A stretch of 64,000 nt of DNA from a virus. A program made the translations under genes and the position numbers. Positions 30,855 through 42,054 of this stretch are shown here, one piece after another (positions within the stretch are counted from its first letter, which is position 1; the number at the start of each line of letters is the position of its first letter). A model generated the notes under the pieces. It had not been told where the DNA came from. It saw only the letters and a list, made by a program, of their open reading frames with translations, and did not search any database. Location of the stretch: positions 32,001-96,000 of IMG/VR virus record IMGVR_UViG_3300037140_000076; one strand, given 5' to 3'.

Positions 30855-31763
30855 TCAATTATTTATGTATACTTGAATGTATTGAAAGTAATTAATAGTT
30901 CCATCCTTATCAACTTCTTTGAGCCTAAAGATACCACTTTTTGCGTTAATGTCAAGGGATGCCTTTTGTTCGGTCTTGGTACAGGATATAGTTCCCAGGG
31001 TGAAGACCAGCATTGTAACCATTGACATGAATACTTTCCTATTCTTTCCCAAGGATAGCAGTAACCCGATAATGAACAGAATCACAAGACCCGAAGCGAT
31101 CCCGGCCTGTAGTGATCCGTTAACGTTCCCAGTGGCATAGTAGACTGTTGAGGTATACGTACGCTGTATCTGTGTATCTCCATAAGAGTCATAATGGGCA
31201 ACCATCCTTTCACTATTATCCGGCATTAGCTGCCAAACTTCATAGTAGCTTACATTCTGCTCCATACTCAAGGTCCAATCAAATTCAATCTTGTCTGGTG
31301 CCTGATACTTGCCAGTAAAACTTAATAGATTGATCGGGAGGGCCAAGCATTGATCCAACAATGTCTTGTAACTATATGTCCCGCTCAACCATGTAGGATT
31401 CCCAGGCCAGTTATCATTCTCCGTCCCGTATAGATTAGTGATGTAGGAGGGAACGTTAATCTTAAATTCTGCGTCTCCAATTGCACCAACCGAATCATTC
31501 TTACCAGAGGAAGTCTTTTTGCTAAGATCAATTGTAACACTCCAAACGACAGGGTTATTAACCGTTATCGTTGCACTACCGTTCTTTGTAGCATAAACGT
31601 ATCCCTTTAGATTCTTAGTACCTACAGTCCAATCATCCATTTCAATTGTAACTGTTTTGTTTGCCGAACAGTATGCAAAGGGAACAATGTAATGGGCTTC
31701 TGCTTTGTAGCCGATTAGGGTAGTCAATAGAATTAGAATGACCCCTAAGATTAATTTTTTCAT
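30855..31763 (-). CDS. exported membrane protein with a Bacteroidota LP(V/I)xLLSF beta-sandwich domain
   Basis: signal peptide; LPINLLSFTG...W...EQN..YYEV...FRLKEVDKDG..Y; two hydrophobic segments. Confidence 0.65.
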   Translation of the reverse strand: MKKLILGVILILLTTLIGYKAEAHYIVPFAYCSANKTVTIEMDDWTVGTKNLKGYVYATKNGSATITVNNPVVWSVTIDLSKKTSSGKNDSVGAIGDAEFKINVPSYITNLYGTENDNWPGNPTWLSGTYSYKTLLDQCLALPINLLSFTGKYQAPDKIEFDWTLSMEQNVSYYEVWQLMPDNSERMVAHYDSYGDTQIQRTYTSTVYYATGNVNGSLQAGIASGLVILFIIGLLLSLGKNRKVFMSMVTMLVFTLGTISCTKTEQKASLDINAKSGIFRLKEVDKDGTINYFQYIQVYINN

Positions 31764-31782
31764 TTGTGTTTTTTAAAGTGAA

Positions 31783-31962
31783 TTAATAACCGATGAAGTG
31801 AACATTCTCAGGACAGCCCATCTTACGGACTTTAATGTAGTCGTGACCTTTTGTTTCGAACTTTACGTTGGGATCATGTTTAACGACAACACATGATGAG
31901 AAGGAAAATGATACTGAAAAGAGAAGTACCAATATCCACGCTGTAATAATTACCTTTTTCAT
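31783..31962 (-). CDS. small lipoprotein
   Basis: MKKVIITAWILVLLFSVSFSFSSC lipobox; 59 aa, below the ORF-track cutoff. Confidence 0.5.
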   Translation of the reverse strand: MKKVIITAWILVLLFSVSFSFSSCVVVKHDPNVKFETKGHDYIKVRKMGCPENVHFIGY

Positions 31963-31979
31963 TTTGTTTGTTTTTATGT

Positions 31980-32276
31980 TTAAAAGTTTTTACTGTTTTC
32001 ATCCCCTTCCTTAGCAGGAAGAACATTTTGGAAATTGAATATACTGGTTGAATATTCCGGCTCCTTAACTTTAATACTCCTTTCTACAAAGGAAAGATCA
32101 TACCCTAACACATTAATGACAGATATAAGAACCTCTATACTATAGTTTTTACGATCCTTCTCCATCTCTAATATCCTACGATAGCCCACGCCAGCCCTGT
32201 CAGCCAGATCATATTGAGATAGTTTCTGCTCAATTCGTTTTTCACGAATGAAGGAGCCGATGTTTGTTTTGTTCAT
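31980..32276 (-). CDS. XRE-family helix-turn-helix regulator
   Basis: IREKRIEQKLSQYDLADRAGVG..I.EME...S.E.L..V..VLG. Confidence 0.88.
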   Translation of the reverse strand: MNKTNIGSFIREKRIEQKLSQYDLADRAGVGYRRILEMEKDRKNYSIEVLISVINVLGYDLSFVERSIKVKEPEYSTSIFNFQNVLPAKEGDENSKNF

Positions 32277-32522
32277 AAAAATGTATTAGCATATTTGATT
32301 TGCTCCCTACGATTTGCAATCTGGGCATAGACCGTATTCTTTTCAATCGGTGACTTGCTTTGTAACTGCTGATTAAGTTCTATTATTGTTTCTTCCAAAT
32401 CCGATATGAGGGAATGAGCCTTTTTCTTATTTAATATAACATTGTGTTTAATGAAATAAAGAAAATGCTTCTCATCTTCTTCACTTAAAAATTCTGCTTC
32501 AATCATAAAATTGATTTAGTTG

Positions 32523-33416
32523 TTATACCAAATATTTTTTTGAATATTCGAAACGTTCCTTAAGATTTTTAACTTTACCTTGTGCTACCAATCTATTATA
32601 ATCAAACTCTAATTGCTTACAAGCCTCTTTCAATTCATTAACAGCATAATCCGCTGTATATGATTTTTTATTTTTTCGATGAACAATTATTGTTTTTCCT
32701 TTGTTAGTTATATCCCATATCCAATTTAAAAGATGCAGAGCAAAGTCTACATGTAATTCCATTTCTTTTACTGTCTTAGGCATTACAAAAAATCTCAATT
32801 CAATTCTTCGAATATCATTATATAGGTGAGAATTAAGAGAATTAAGAGTCCTCCAAGAATAAAAATCTTCTAAAGTATCACCATCACTGTCCCTTAATGT
32901 CATAAAATCTCCCTTGCATAATAATAATGGATCAGACATAGAAATAACAGAACTTTTATTATCTGTTGGTGCAAGAAAAGCCCATACTATAGAAGGATTT
33001 CTAATAATAAAATTCCTAAGATTATAAAAAAAGGTTTCAATAAGAATTTGATTCTTAATTCTAGGCATAGTTACATTCAAATGACATCCTCCTTCCGTCT
33101 CCATATCAATACAGGATGAAGGAACAAATTGAAAGTTATTGCGTAAATAATTAATCATCTTTTCATAATCAATTAAGAAGTTTCTTTTATATGAATAGAT
33201 GGTAGAAGGAATTTCTAAATGACCTCCATCCTCATAGGCTTTACGAAACCACGGATGATCATATCTGAATTTCGTTTTCAACTTATTCTCTAACCAGTCT
33301 ACTGCATCACATATAACATAAGATTCTGAATGATTATAGAAAAAAGGAAGATTAAAGTTTTTTGCATTAGCACTGAATGTTGGTTCAACAGCAAATTTTT
33401 TGAATACCTTTTTCAT
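32523..33416 (-). CDS. amidoligase-like enzyme
   Basis: EDGGHLEIPS, GGCHLNV, IELRFF resemble phage COOH-NH2 ligase motifs. Confidence 0.55.
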   Translation of the reverse strand: MKKVFKKFAVEPTFSANAKNFNLPFFYNHSESYVICDAVDWLENKLKTKFRYDHPWFRKAYEDGGHLEIPSTIYSYKRNFLIDYEKMINYLRNNFQFVPSSCIDMETEGGCHLNVTMPRIKNQILIETFFYNLRNFIIRNPSIVWAFLAPTDNKSSVISMSDPLLLCKGDFMTLRDSDGDTLEDFYSWRTLNSLNSHLYNDIRRIELRFFVMPKTVKEMELHVDFALHLLNWIWDITNKGKTIIVHRKNKKSYTADYAVNELKEACKQLEFDYNRLVAQGKVKNLKERFEYSKKYLV

Positions 33417-34038
33417 AATGGATAACTTTATTTACCATTAATAAATCCTGTTGCTTTCTGAAAACCATTAAGATCAACTTTGTGAAAAATTCCATCCACT
33501 TTAAAGCCATCCAATATAATGGAAGCCTTTGCACCTGCTTGTTTACGAAGTGTATTAACTGCTTCTTGATCTATTGCTTTAACTTCAAAAAACTCAGTAT
33601 AAGTTCCTGTCTTATCTGTTGTTCTTACTTTGAAAACCGTTGTAACTTCCATGATTGTATATTTATAAATACATGCATCCCGCATGTTAGGATTTTTTTA
33701 AAAATCTGCCAAGGAAAATAATTAGTTCTATTGCACTTTCTTCATTGACTGCTATCCATTTTGTATCATTTCCACCACTATCAATCCCTCTTATTTTTAT
33801 AGCGTAACCATAATCCGGGGAGGGATTAAGATATTCAATTTGTTCCTTATAATAGTTATAGGGAACCTTTTCTTTAGTGTTAGTGTTCATTTCGTTGGCG
33901 TTTTAAAGATTCTGTAAAAGATATATAGTCCTAATCCTATAAATGCAATCCCTAGCCATGTTATCCTATCTAAAATATAGATGCCTATCATGATTGATCC
34001 CATAGCTGAAAGTAGTGTGAACTTTTCCATTGTAGTTA

Positions 34039-34425
34039 TTAATATGGGTAAAGATAAACAATAGTAATGTCTCTTTTCTTCGCACAATCGTAGATGGCAA
34101 TCTGTTCGTTGTCGAACCCTCTACTATATGCCTCTTCAAACTCTTTAACGTTATACACAACGTCTATATATAATTCGTTGTCATGTTTCCAACAACCTAC
34201 AAAGGCATTTTCATTATCAACCAGAACATCAAAGGTATTACGATCAAATAGAAACACCCTAACATAATTTTTAAATTCTTCAAATGTTGCAGGGATAGAA
34301 AACTTTTGTTCGTGTCCTTTAGTGGCAACCATATATCCGGTTGTTGGGTTAAGTTCTCCGGTATTAACGTTGTAAGACGCACCACCGGAATTCTTAAGAC
34401 TTTCCCACAGGTGTTTAAAATTCAT
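34039..34425 (-). CDS. conserved phage hypothetical protein
   Basis: GGASYN...GYMVA...G.W...YIDV...Q.AIYD. Confidence 0.7.
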   Translation of the reverse strand: MNFKHLWESLKNSGGASYNVNTGELNPTTGYMVATKGHEQKFSIPATFEEFKNYVRVFLFDRNTFDVLVDNENAFVGCWKHDNELYIDVVYNVKEFEEAYSRGFDNEQIAIYDCAKKRDITIVYLYPY

Positions 34426-35035
34426 TGTAGTATTATTTATTTATGTCCGAAAATATTGTTAATGCATCTATTAAACTAAGTTCATCAAGTACATAGGAAT
34501 TGTTACGGCCTAATAGGTGTACTCTGAATGCGTCTACACCTGTTACCTTCCTTCCGTTGGTGTCCTCCCATATCTTATAAGAAAACATAACCTTGCCTTT
34601 TAATTCTCTTTTAATTGAATGTACAATGTTTTGCCTTAATTCTTCCTTGTCCGAAAATGGATCATTGTATTCTAAAAATGCTTGTTCGGGGGACATTTGC
34701 TTTAACATAGATTCAATTTAGAATGTGAAATGCAATGGCTTTTCAAGTCCCACACGATTTGCAGTAGTGTTAAGGAACTTGTTTGCCTTCTTACCATATT
34801 CCAGTTGCCTATCTTCCTTATTACGTATCTTCAATGTAAGAAGCAAGTCCTTTTCTTCCTTAGTCTTTTTAAAGATATTAAAATCAATGTCGTAAAAGAC
34901 TCCGGGCGCGGCCATATACCCATTTTGAATTGCTGGAACTACTTTAAAGACCCCGTTAATAAATCCGCTTTGCTCAATTTTTGTGTTAGTTCTAATTGCT
35001 TGCATGTGTTTATTTTAATAATTAAGACAATATTT

Positions 35036-35500
35036 TTATGCTGATTCAAAGATACCTTCCCCATTAGAGAAGGACCCTATCTTCTTAAGCGAATTTTTTC
35101 CAAATGCTTCGTTTATTTTTTTGTTGATCTTAGGCCATACTTGATTAATCCAATGCCTTGCCAAATTTTCATTAACGAAATACATCTCACTAACTCTAAT
35201 TGATACAGAGACTAATCCGCAATATTCAGATAGTCCTATTTCCGCATGATTATTTTCAAGTATAATATTAACTTCTCCTCCTTCACATCTTTTTGATTTA
35301 TCAAGGGATGGACAAATATCTTGAATAATTTCAATTATATAATCTTCAAAATCGTCCCAAAGTTCCTTTAAAATATAATAATCCGTTGTCTCTACTTCAA
35401 TTTCCTTGCCCTCTTCATCCTCTACTAAACTCATTACAGGTTCCATACTAATGTATGCAACATAAGAGGCATGGTTTAAATAATCTACTGAACGTCCCAT
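35036..35500 (-). CDS. phage hypothetical protein
   Basis: MGRSV...SEYCGL...FSNGEGIF. Confidence 0.7.
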   Translation of the reverse strand: MGRSVDYLNHASYVAYISMEPVMSLVEDEEGKEIEVETTDYYILKELWDDFEDYIIEIIQDICPSLDKSKRCEGGEVNIILENNHAEIGLSEYCGLVSVSIRVSEMYFVNENLARHWINQVWPKINKKINEAFGKNSLKKIGSFSNGEGIFESA

Positions 35501-35518
35501 AAAATTAATTTAGTGTTA

Positions 35519-36196
35519 TTAAAAAGGATTTTCGTTTGTAAAAGGTTTCCATTCTGTTGTTGTGTCGTGTTTCTTTAAGTCTCTTATCCTGCGATATGTT
35601 ACCCATGTTATGGCCTGTAATTGGTGCGGTAATATGTCTAACTGTTTTGCAGCCTGTATAAAGCAATGTTGAAAGAAGTCATATTGCGCCCTTGTTAATT
35701 TCCCAGACTTTACACTTAAAGCATAAACGTTATCAGGGTTCTGTATACAACATGCTATAGCATGTCTGTCTATTGTTACGTCCGTAATTATATCAGGATT
35801 AATCATATTAAGGAAAAACCCCTTAGTTTTAAATCCTGCATTCGCAATTGAAAGGGCATTATAAATATCCGGTTCCGCACTCAAGTTAAGAATTCTCTTA
35901 GCTTTGTTCGTTTGAACTAGGGATTTAATACGTCTGGTTGGATTATAAAGGAATGACAAGGCAAAGCGTTTATTTTCGACCCAACCGGTTTGGGGGCTGA
36001 ATGCTGCAATGATTCCCGCAGCCTGTTGCAAGCTTATGCCGAACCTTGCAGCAAGTTCCCTGCAATACTTGTTAGCTTCATTATACCAGCTTAAACCGTC
36101 CCGTAATTCGCTTAGGGAGGCAAGTTCATAGAACCGAAGGATCGAATTGATACACTTCTTTTCTGTCAACAATTCGCCTTTAAATTTTTGCTTCAT
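35519..36196 (-). CDS. conserved phage protein (helix-hairpin-helix glycosylase-like fold)
   Basis: WY..AN, AAFSPQTGW..N, KT..F..N, VTIDRHA, QLQAITW. Confidence 0.6.
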   Translation of the reverse strand: MKQKFKGELLTEKKCINSILRFYELASLSELRDGLSWYNEANKYCRELAARFGISLQQAAGIIAAFSPQTGWVENKRFALSFLYNPTRRIKSLVQTNKAKRILNLSAEPDIYNALSIANAGFKTKGFFLNMINPDIITDVTIDRHAIACCIQNPDNVYALSVKSGKLTRAQYDFFQHCFIQAAKQLDILPHQLQAITWVTYRRIRDLKKHDTTTEWKPFTNENPF

Positions 36197-37452
36197 AACA
36201 TGAATTTTAAAGGTTAGCAATATTGCCTCTTATTGTAAAAATAAACTCTTCATCTTCATTAAGAGAATCTGTAATTCCTTCCCAGTCTATATTTTCCTCA
36301 ATGTCCCCTATAAAAGCAGTATAATAGTTTTCTGCTGCAATTTTTTTGTACTTGTCAACAAGTTCACTGAACTTGTATAATTTAATTCTTACGGTTTTCA
36401 TTTTATTTTTACGCCTGTTATAGTCTGCGCCTGACTTTTATTTAAAAATTGGTTGTATGGTTATTAATCTAACTTGAAAGTAATACTTGCCTCAATATCA
36501 TGGCCTGAAGGAAGTTTGTGATATTCTTTGTGTAATGACATAAAAGTTTGTTTATAGTTAATTGATTGCATTTGCGTTCAGTCAGTAATTGATTTTTAAA
36601 CCTTTGTTTTTTCATTGAAGATTTGTTTTGCCCATTGGTTGAAGTCTCCATAATCGTCTGGTACTTCAATATGGTGGATTGTTTTGTTTGGCTTAATACC
36701 CTTTGGTTGCAGATAGGGATCATAACCAAACAATCTAATTAGGATTAACCGAATAGTTTTCTTTACCATAAAATTATTTTAGGGGATTAAATGTAGTTGA
36801 AATAAATATCCATTCTGTTTTCCCTTCGCCCTTGCCTATAATTTCAAAGCCTTTTTTCTGCAACCACATCTTTGCATTTTCCCATACGGAATAATCCCAA
36901 TCATGATTTATAGTTATAGATTCACGAAATCGGAATGAAGATATTTTAATCCTTTCCCCACGCGAATTAGATTCAGGAATATATTTTGCTGTGATAAGAT
37001 GGAAATTAGGAAGGGAGAGGGCCTTCATATCTTTTAAATTCATGATTTTTTATTTAATTGAATGATGTGAAATATAATGAAGGCAATGATGTTTACCATA
37101 TTGAGGTAAAGGAAAGAAAAAAGTGCAAGTGAAGTAAGCTATTAAGAAACCCATTACAGCCCCTATCAATATAACAGAGACATCTAGTAATATTCTTTTA
37201 ATCATTTCAATTTTGTTTTAAGTGAATCTAATTCCAGCCTTGTAAGATAATCTAATCCTACTGTATCTTTGTCTTGAACAAAAATAACAGAGGTATACCC
37301 TCTATTATCTGTGATTTGTTTTATTATCTTGTTTGGGTTAATGTTTGTTTTTATACCAGTTAAGATCAACATTAGTGAAATAATTGGTGTAAGCAAAGCA
37401 AAAAGTAAGATTGATTCGTCTCTGTAAGTTTGTTTCATGGGATTGATTTTAA

Positions 37453-37851
37453 TTATCCGTAAATTATTTCATTCATAACTGCTAATTGAAACCATGCATC
37501 CGCTGTGCTTGCATCATAATTTTGCTGTAATATTTCTGCAAGATCATAGGCATATTTTTCACTCATTGTTTGTTCTCCCTGTTCTATAGAATTCATAGAT
37601 AATTTACCAATTTCTTCGCTTGTTTCAATATCGTGAACGGGAATTTCAAGTCCTGCTTTTAATGCACTCCAAAGTTTCCAAACAAAAGTACCATCAAAAC
37701 AAGATTCCTTTGTTGTAGGTAATTCGGGAACACTGTTAATTAAATTACCTGCATGTTCTTCGAACATATACCAATAATTTGAACCTCCTTCAATGGCTGA
37801 AGTTAATAGATTAGTACGTTGTTCGTCTGTTAGATTGATTGTGATAGGCAT
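37453..37851 (-). CDS. phage hypothetical protein (first gene of the leftward arm)
   Basis: AIEGGSNYW...DASTADAWFQLAV..EIIYG. Confidence 0.75.
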   Translation of the reverse strand: MPITINLTDEQRTNLLTSAIEGGSNYWYMFEEHAGNLINSVPELPTTKESCFDGTFVWKLWSALKAGLEIPVHDIETSEEIGKLSMNSIEQGEQTMSEKYAYDLAEILQQNYDASTADAWFQLAVMNEIIYG

Positions 37852-37875
37852 AAGATATAATTTAGATAATTGAAT

Positions 37876-37910
37876 AAAAAGAAAAGGGAGAATGTAGAAA
37901 CATTCCCCCT
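37876..37910 (-). terminator. intrinsic terminator
   Basis: minus strand AGGGGGAATG-tttcta-CATTCTCCCT followed by TTTCTTTTT. Confidence 0.7.
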
Positions 37911-38685
37911 GCTAAGAAACCCATTGAAAACTAAAAGAATGACCGTCCGTAATAAGATAAAGCAAAGGTACTTGTTATTGGTTATAGTGTTGAAACATTA
38001 GGCGAAGGCTTATAGCTTCAGCGTCCTTGCGATTTGTTAAACTAGTTAACTCTGTGTCCTTAAAGGTAAGGTTACCTTTGCTTTAAAGGTCTGGAAGGTA
38101 GCAATTGAGCTACTACACTTGTTAAGGTGTAAGATTCTGAATTACTCCCAGACACACTATTCCCGAAGGAATAGATTTAAAGATCTTTAATTTTTCACGC
38201 CCTTTTAAACTTCGGAATAACATAGTATTCTTACTAGGTCAGCGATTAGTTAACGCTTACTACTTTCCTGCAACCTGTAAAAACTCTATGTCGTTTTCAC
38301 TATCTAATTGCCCGGATTTTATTCACGTTCAAACATTAACCCGAATGCATCCTATGCATTCATAAGGGTGAAAGGGAAATAAAATCTTTGGTTCGTCCCT
38401 TCCTTCGCTCCATTGCCGATTGTCGCACCTATTCGGGCATCCAATTTTCAGGCAATTCAATACAGGTACCGACCTGCTAACGTGTGGTTACTATCAGATT
38501 CACCACGCTAATCCGTTCCGTTCGTTCTAAAAATACGGTTCTCAGGCCGTTAACTACTTCACCATATACTCAATTACTGACTTAACAAGGTCAGATGAGA
38601 ACATGGCCGGAATAATGATAAGAATTTAGCGAACACACGATTCCCAGGATGGGAAGTGGGCATCAATACCCTCAACTCATTCGCA
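37911..38685 (-). ncRNA. candidate large ornate non-coding RNA (~780 nt)
   Basis: no ORF of 60 aa or more; many hairpins, long-range helices, C(UUCG)G loop; G:U pairs favour the minus strand; promoter-like element upstream, terminator downstream. Confidence 0.6.
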
Positions 38686-38701
38686 TATACAATATTACAA
38701 C

Positions 38702-40031
38702 TATGCGCTGAAACGTACAAGAGTAAATATACTCATTCTTTAATAATAGCCAATATATAGTTATCCACAATATTTGGAAGTCTCAATATTATTTCGTATG
38801 CGCTAAAACGTACTATGCGAATATCTTTGTATATGTGACAGGATATTTGATTGATCCTATTAGCCCCCTTTGGGGGTTGGGGGCTGTAGACAACCAGAAG
38901 GAATAAATAATGAATTCCCCCTCCCCGCTTCAATCCATTACCGACAACCTGTCATAATCTTATGCGCTAAAACGTATATGCGCTATAACGTACATGGATT
39001 GGAATTAGTCCTGTTGTGGGGTTTTGGGCCTTTTAATAGACAATATTCTCTAAAAGGGACCGCATTCCCAGGACGGTCCTATCCTCCCAAAACAAACCAC
39101 CACCCCCATCCCCAGACTCATTCCGGTATGTACACTTTAACGCATATACATTATAAATCATATTGGTTATGTCAACTACTATGTATTACCATGTATGTTT
39201 TAGCGCATATTCCCAATCCCCCACTTATTTTTAAAATTGGACAGAATCTAGGATTGGGAATTGAAAACAGAATTGGGAACGATGCCGGGGGTGGGAGGGC
39301 AGTCCCAAAGTTGGACGGCACCCAAGTTGATGGTGCGTGTATTGGAGGGTATATATAATATATTTTGAAATGTAAATTTAACCTATTATCTTTATATTAT
39401 GGATCAACAATGGAAAGACATACCAGGATATGAAGAATTGTATCAGGTGAGCGATATGGGTCATATTAGGGGCCTCAAACCCTCTCCCCGCTTAAAGGGT
39501 ACCTATCTCATACCTGTCTTACATAATGGAAAGTATCATCGTGTACGCTTTTTCAAGGAAGGTAAGAGAAAATCATTTTTTATACATATACTTGTTGGTA
39601 AAGCGTTCGTTCCCAACCCCTTAAACCTTACAGAGATTAATCATAAGAAGGGTAATAAACTTGATAATAGGGCTTCAGAACTTGAATGGACTACAAGGCA
39701 AAATAATATTCTTCACTCTTATAGAGTGCTCGGTACTAAATCAAAAGGGAGAAGTTACCCATGTTGTAGATTAAAACCAGGTTATTTTTCAGTTATATAA
39801 TTTTCCCGCTTCTAATCTAAGCGGGTTTTTTGGGTCCTGTTTAAAAACTTTAACATTCCTTTGGGAATTTAATTGATTTAAAAACCGTATCTTTGCCACC
39901 GGCCTTCCGTACTAAGGCCCTAACAGGCCGCACAAGGACGGTAAGATGGGGGATACTATATAAAAGACCCCCCCCCTCCTCTTCTCTCTAACAATAATGT
40001 ACGCTTTAGCGCATATGCGTTAAAACGTACA
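38702..40031. repeat. eight dispersed 18-bp repeats (consensus TATGCGCTAAAACGTACA) at the strand switch
   Basis: direct copies at 38702, 38797, 38961, 38977, 40014; inverted copies at 39129, 39192, 39998. Confidence 0.85.
39399..39800 (+). CDS. NUMOD4-HNH homing endonuclease
   Basis: WKDIPGYEELYQVSDMG, INHKKGNKLDNRASELEW. Confidence 0.9.
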   Translation: MDQQWKDIPGYEELYQVSDMGHIRGLKPSPRLKGTYLIPVLHNGKYHRVRFFKEGKRKSFFIHILVGKAFVPNPLNLTEINHKKGNKLDNRASELEWTTRQNNILHSYRVLGTKSKGRSYPCCRLKPGYFSVI

Positions 40032-40167
40032 TAGACAATGTGTCCAACATAATGTCCGAGTTATGCTTTGTAGCTGGATAAGGACTTTAAAGACAACCGG
40101 GAGGGGGAAAATTAAATTTGGATATTAAAAAAACTCTTGTTACCTTTATTCCTAAAATCATAACAGT

Positions 40168-40656
40168 ATGAAAGGATTGGGAAGATTATGGAAAATGAAA
40201 AAGGATACCTCTTATTCTGAGGAGTCCGAGAACTCCTTTCAGTTCCTTAAAAGACAAAAGATATACCGGGAGACCGGGGATCTTTACCTGGATAGGTTAA
40301 TTATAATTCGCTGTTTTCTGGGATCAATTATGTTTCATAAGATCTATCTGACGGACAGCGATTGTATGCATGACCATCCCTGGAGCTTCAGAACTATCAT
40401 TTTAAAGGGAGGATATTTCGAGCAGATTCCCCGGTTCAAAAAAGGTTGTTCATTTTGGCATAATGAACATATTGAAAAATGGTATAAACCAGGCACAATC
40501 CTCTATCGTCCAGCAGGTTGGGTTCATAGATTAAGGATTACAAAGCCAGCTTGGACCTTGGTATTCACCGGTCCCACCAAACGGGAGTGGGGATTCTGGA
40601 CTCCGAAGGGATGGCTCAAGTCAAACAAATATAAAAATGTTGGGAATTGTCAATAA
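40168..40656 (+). CDS. cupin-like phage protein
   Basis: HDHPW..TIILKGGY.E...HR....AWTLVFTG...REWGF. Confidence 0.7.
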   Translation: MKGLGRLWKMKKDTSYSEESENSFQFLKRQKIYRETGDLYLDRLIIIRCFLGSIMFHKIYLTDSDCMHDHPWSFRTIILKGGYFEQIPRFKKGCSFWHNEHIEKWYKPGTILYRPAGWVHRLRITKPAWTLVFTGPTKREWGFWTPKGWLKSNKYKNVGNCQ

Positions 40657-42054
40657 TTAAATGTATATTCGCATTATGCTCAATAAGAACCTTTTAAATT
40701 TTACCCTGGTTGTTTTCTCATATGGTGCTATCTTATTGACAGTCTTATACTTAAAAGATAAATCGAAGAAATGAAAAAAATCCTGATTGATTTCACAACT
40801 GTTTTAAAAAAGAAAGATAGATTTACAGATCATGCCGGGGTTGAACATAAGATAAAAGAAGTAACGTATGCCCCCTCCAACGGGACGGTATATATAGAGA
40901 CGACAGAAGGGAAGATGATTAACCTTACTAAAGCGTTGATTAACAAAGATATATTATGTCTACTCAAGAAATGATTCGTTGGATACCTTTAGAAGAATAT
41001 AAAATAATGCAACAATCTGAAGAGGAATGGAAAAAGATGAATTATAGAATATTCATGAGTACTTTTTGGGGTATGGAAATACCTAAACCATTAATAAATA
41101 AAGAGTTATGATTAACACCCTTCTTTGTTTTTTAGGTATTCATAGATGGCATTCCGTTAGAAATGGACCTAAAATCCCTTTTTCAAGATGTAGATATATT
41201 TTTTGTACTCGTTGCGGAAAACAAAAATAACACACTGATAAATAAAGACTTATGAACTTTGCAAAACTCTTCTCTATTGATGACGATACCCAGGTGCTTG
41301 TTAGGCTCGAAGATGGGTTTGATGAAACCACCGGAGAAGAAATTACAAACGTTACTCAAACAACTGAGTACAACGGAGTTACAATGGAATGTTCTAAAGG
41401 ATTCCTGGAAGTAAAAGACGCTGAAGAATATTTTAAAAAGTTCTCCCTGGCTCTTGCCATTACTTTTCATGAGGATGCCCGGAAGGTTATTTTCGATATG
41501 GTGGAGGAAGGCTGATTTGGAATTGTGAAGGTTTTGTTATAATTTTATACCTATGCCTGAATTAACCTATGCCTTTCAAATCCTCACTGCAACTGATCTG
41601 ATGGTCCTTCAAGACGATATGAACGATCTTGGTATATGTGGATACACAGCGGTTGGGGGAGTGACCTATTCCTTCTTTGATCCAAACAGCCCTAGTGGAT
41701 TTACCTACGTCCAGGTTATGAAATTAATAATAAAGAACTTTTAACTTTTTGTTAACTTTAGATTGATTATATTCGCATTATGAAAGAACATAGATCAAAA
41801 CAAATGGGACCTGGAGGCGGTGGATGGCTTTCAGACCTGGAAAGAGATCAACCTATAAAATCAGGAGCAACACCCCTTACATTACCAGGCACCACCTCAA
41901 CAAGGTTTGAAGTTTTCTTTCAATTCAATGATGATGCACCGGTTAGGTTTGCAGAAACAAGAACAGGACTTAGGATAGACCTAACTGAAGATGGTCAAGA
42001 CGTTGAATGGAGGGATGGGGATAAGAGATTTAGAATTTTTTTAAAAAAGAAGAC

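Noticed and set aside
38733-39358. ORFs 38733-38933 and 38870-39358
   Set aside because: Atypical composition, and they run through the repeat region; probably non-coding.
38702-40031. CRISPR array
   Set aside because: Repeats are 18 bp, irregularly spaced and in both orientations. The Cas4-like nucleases are common stand-alone phage genes.
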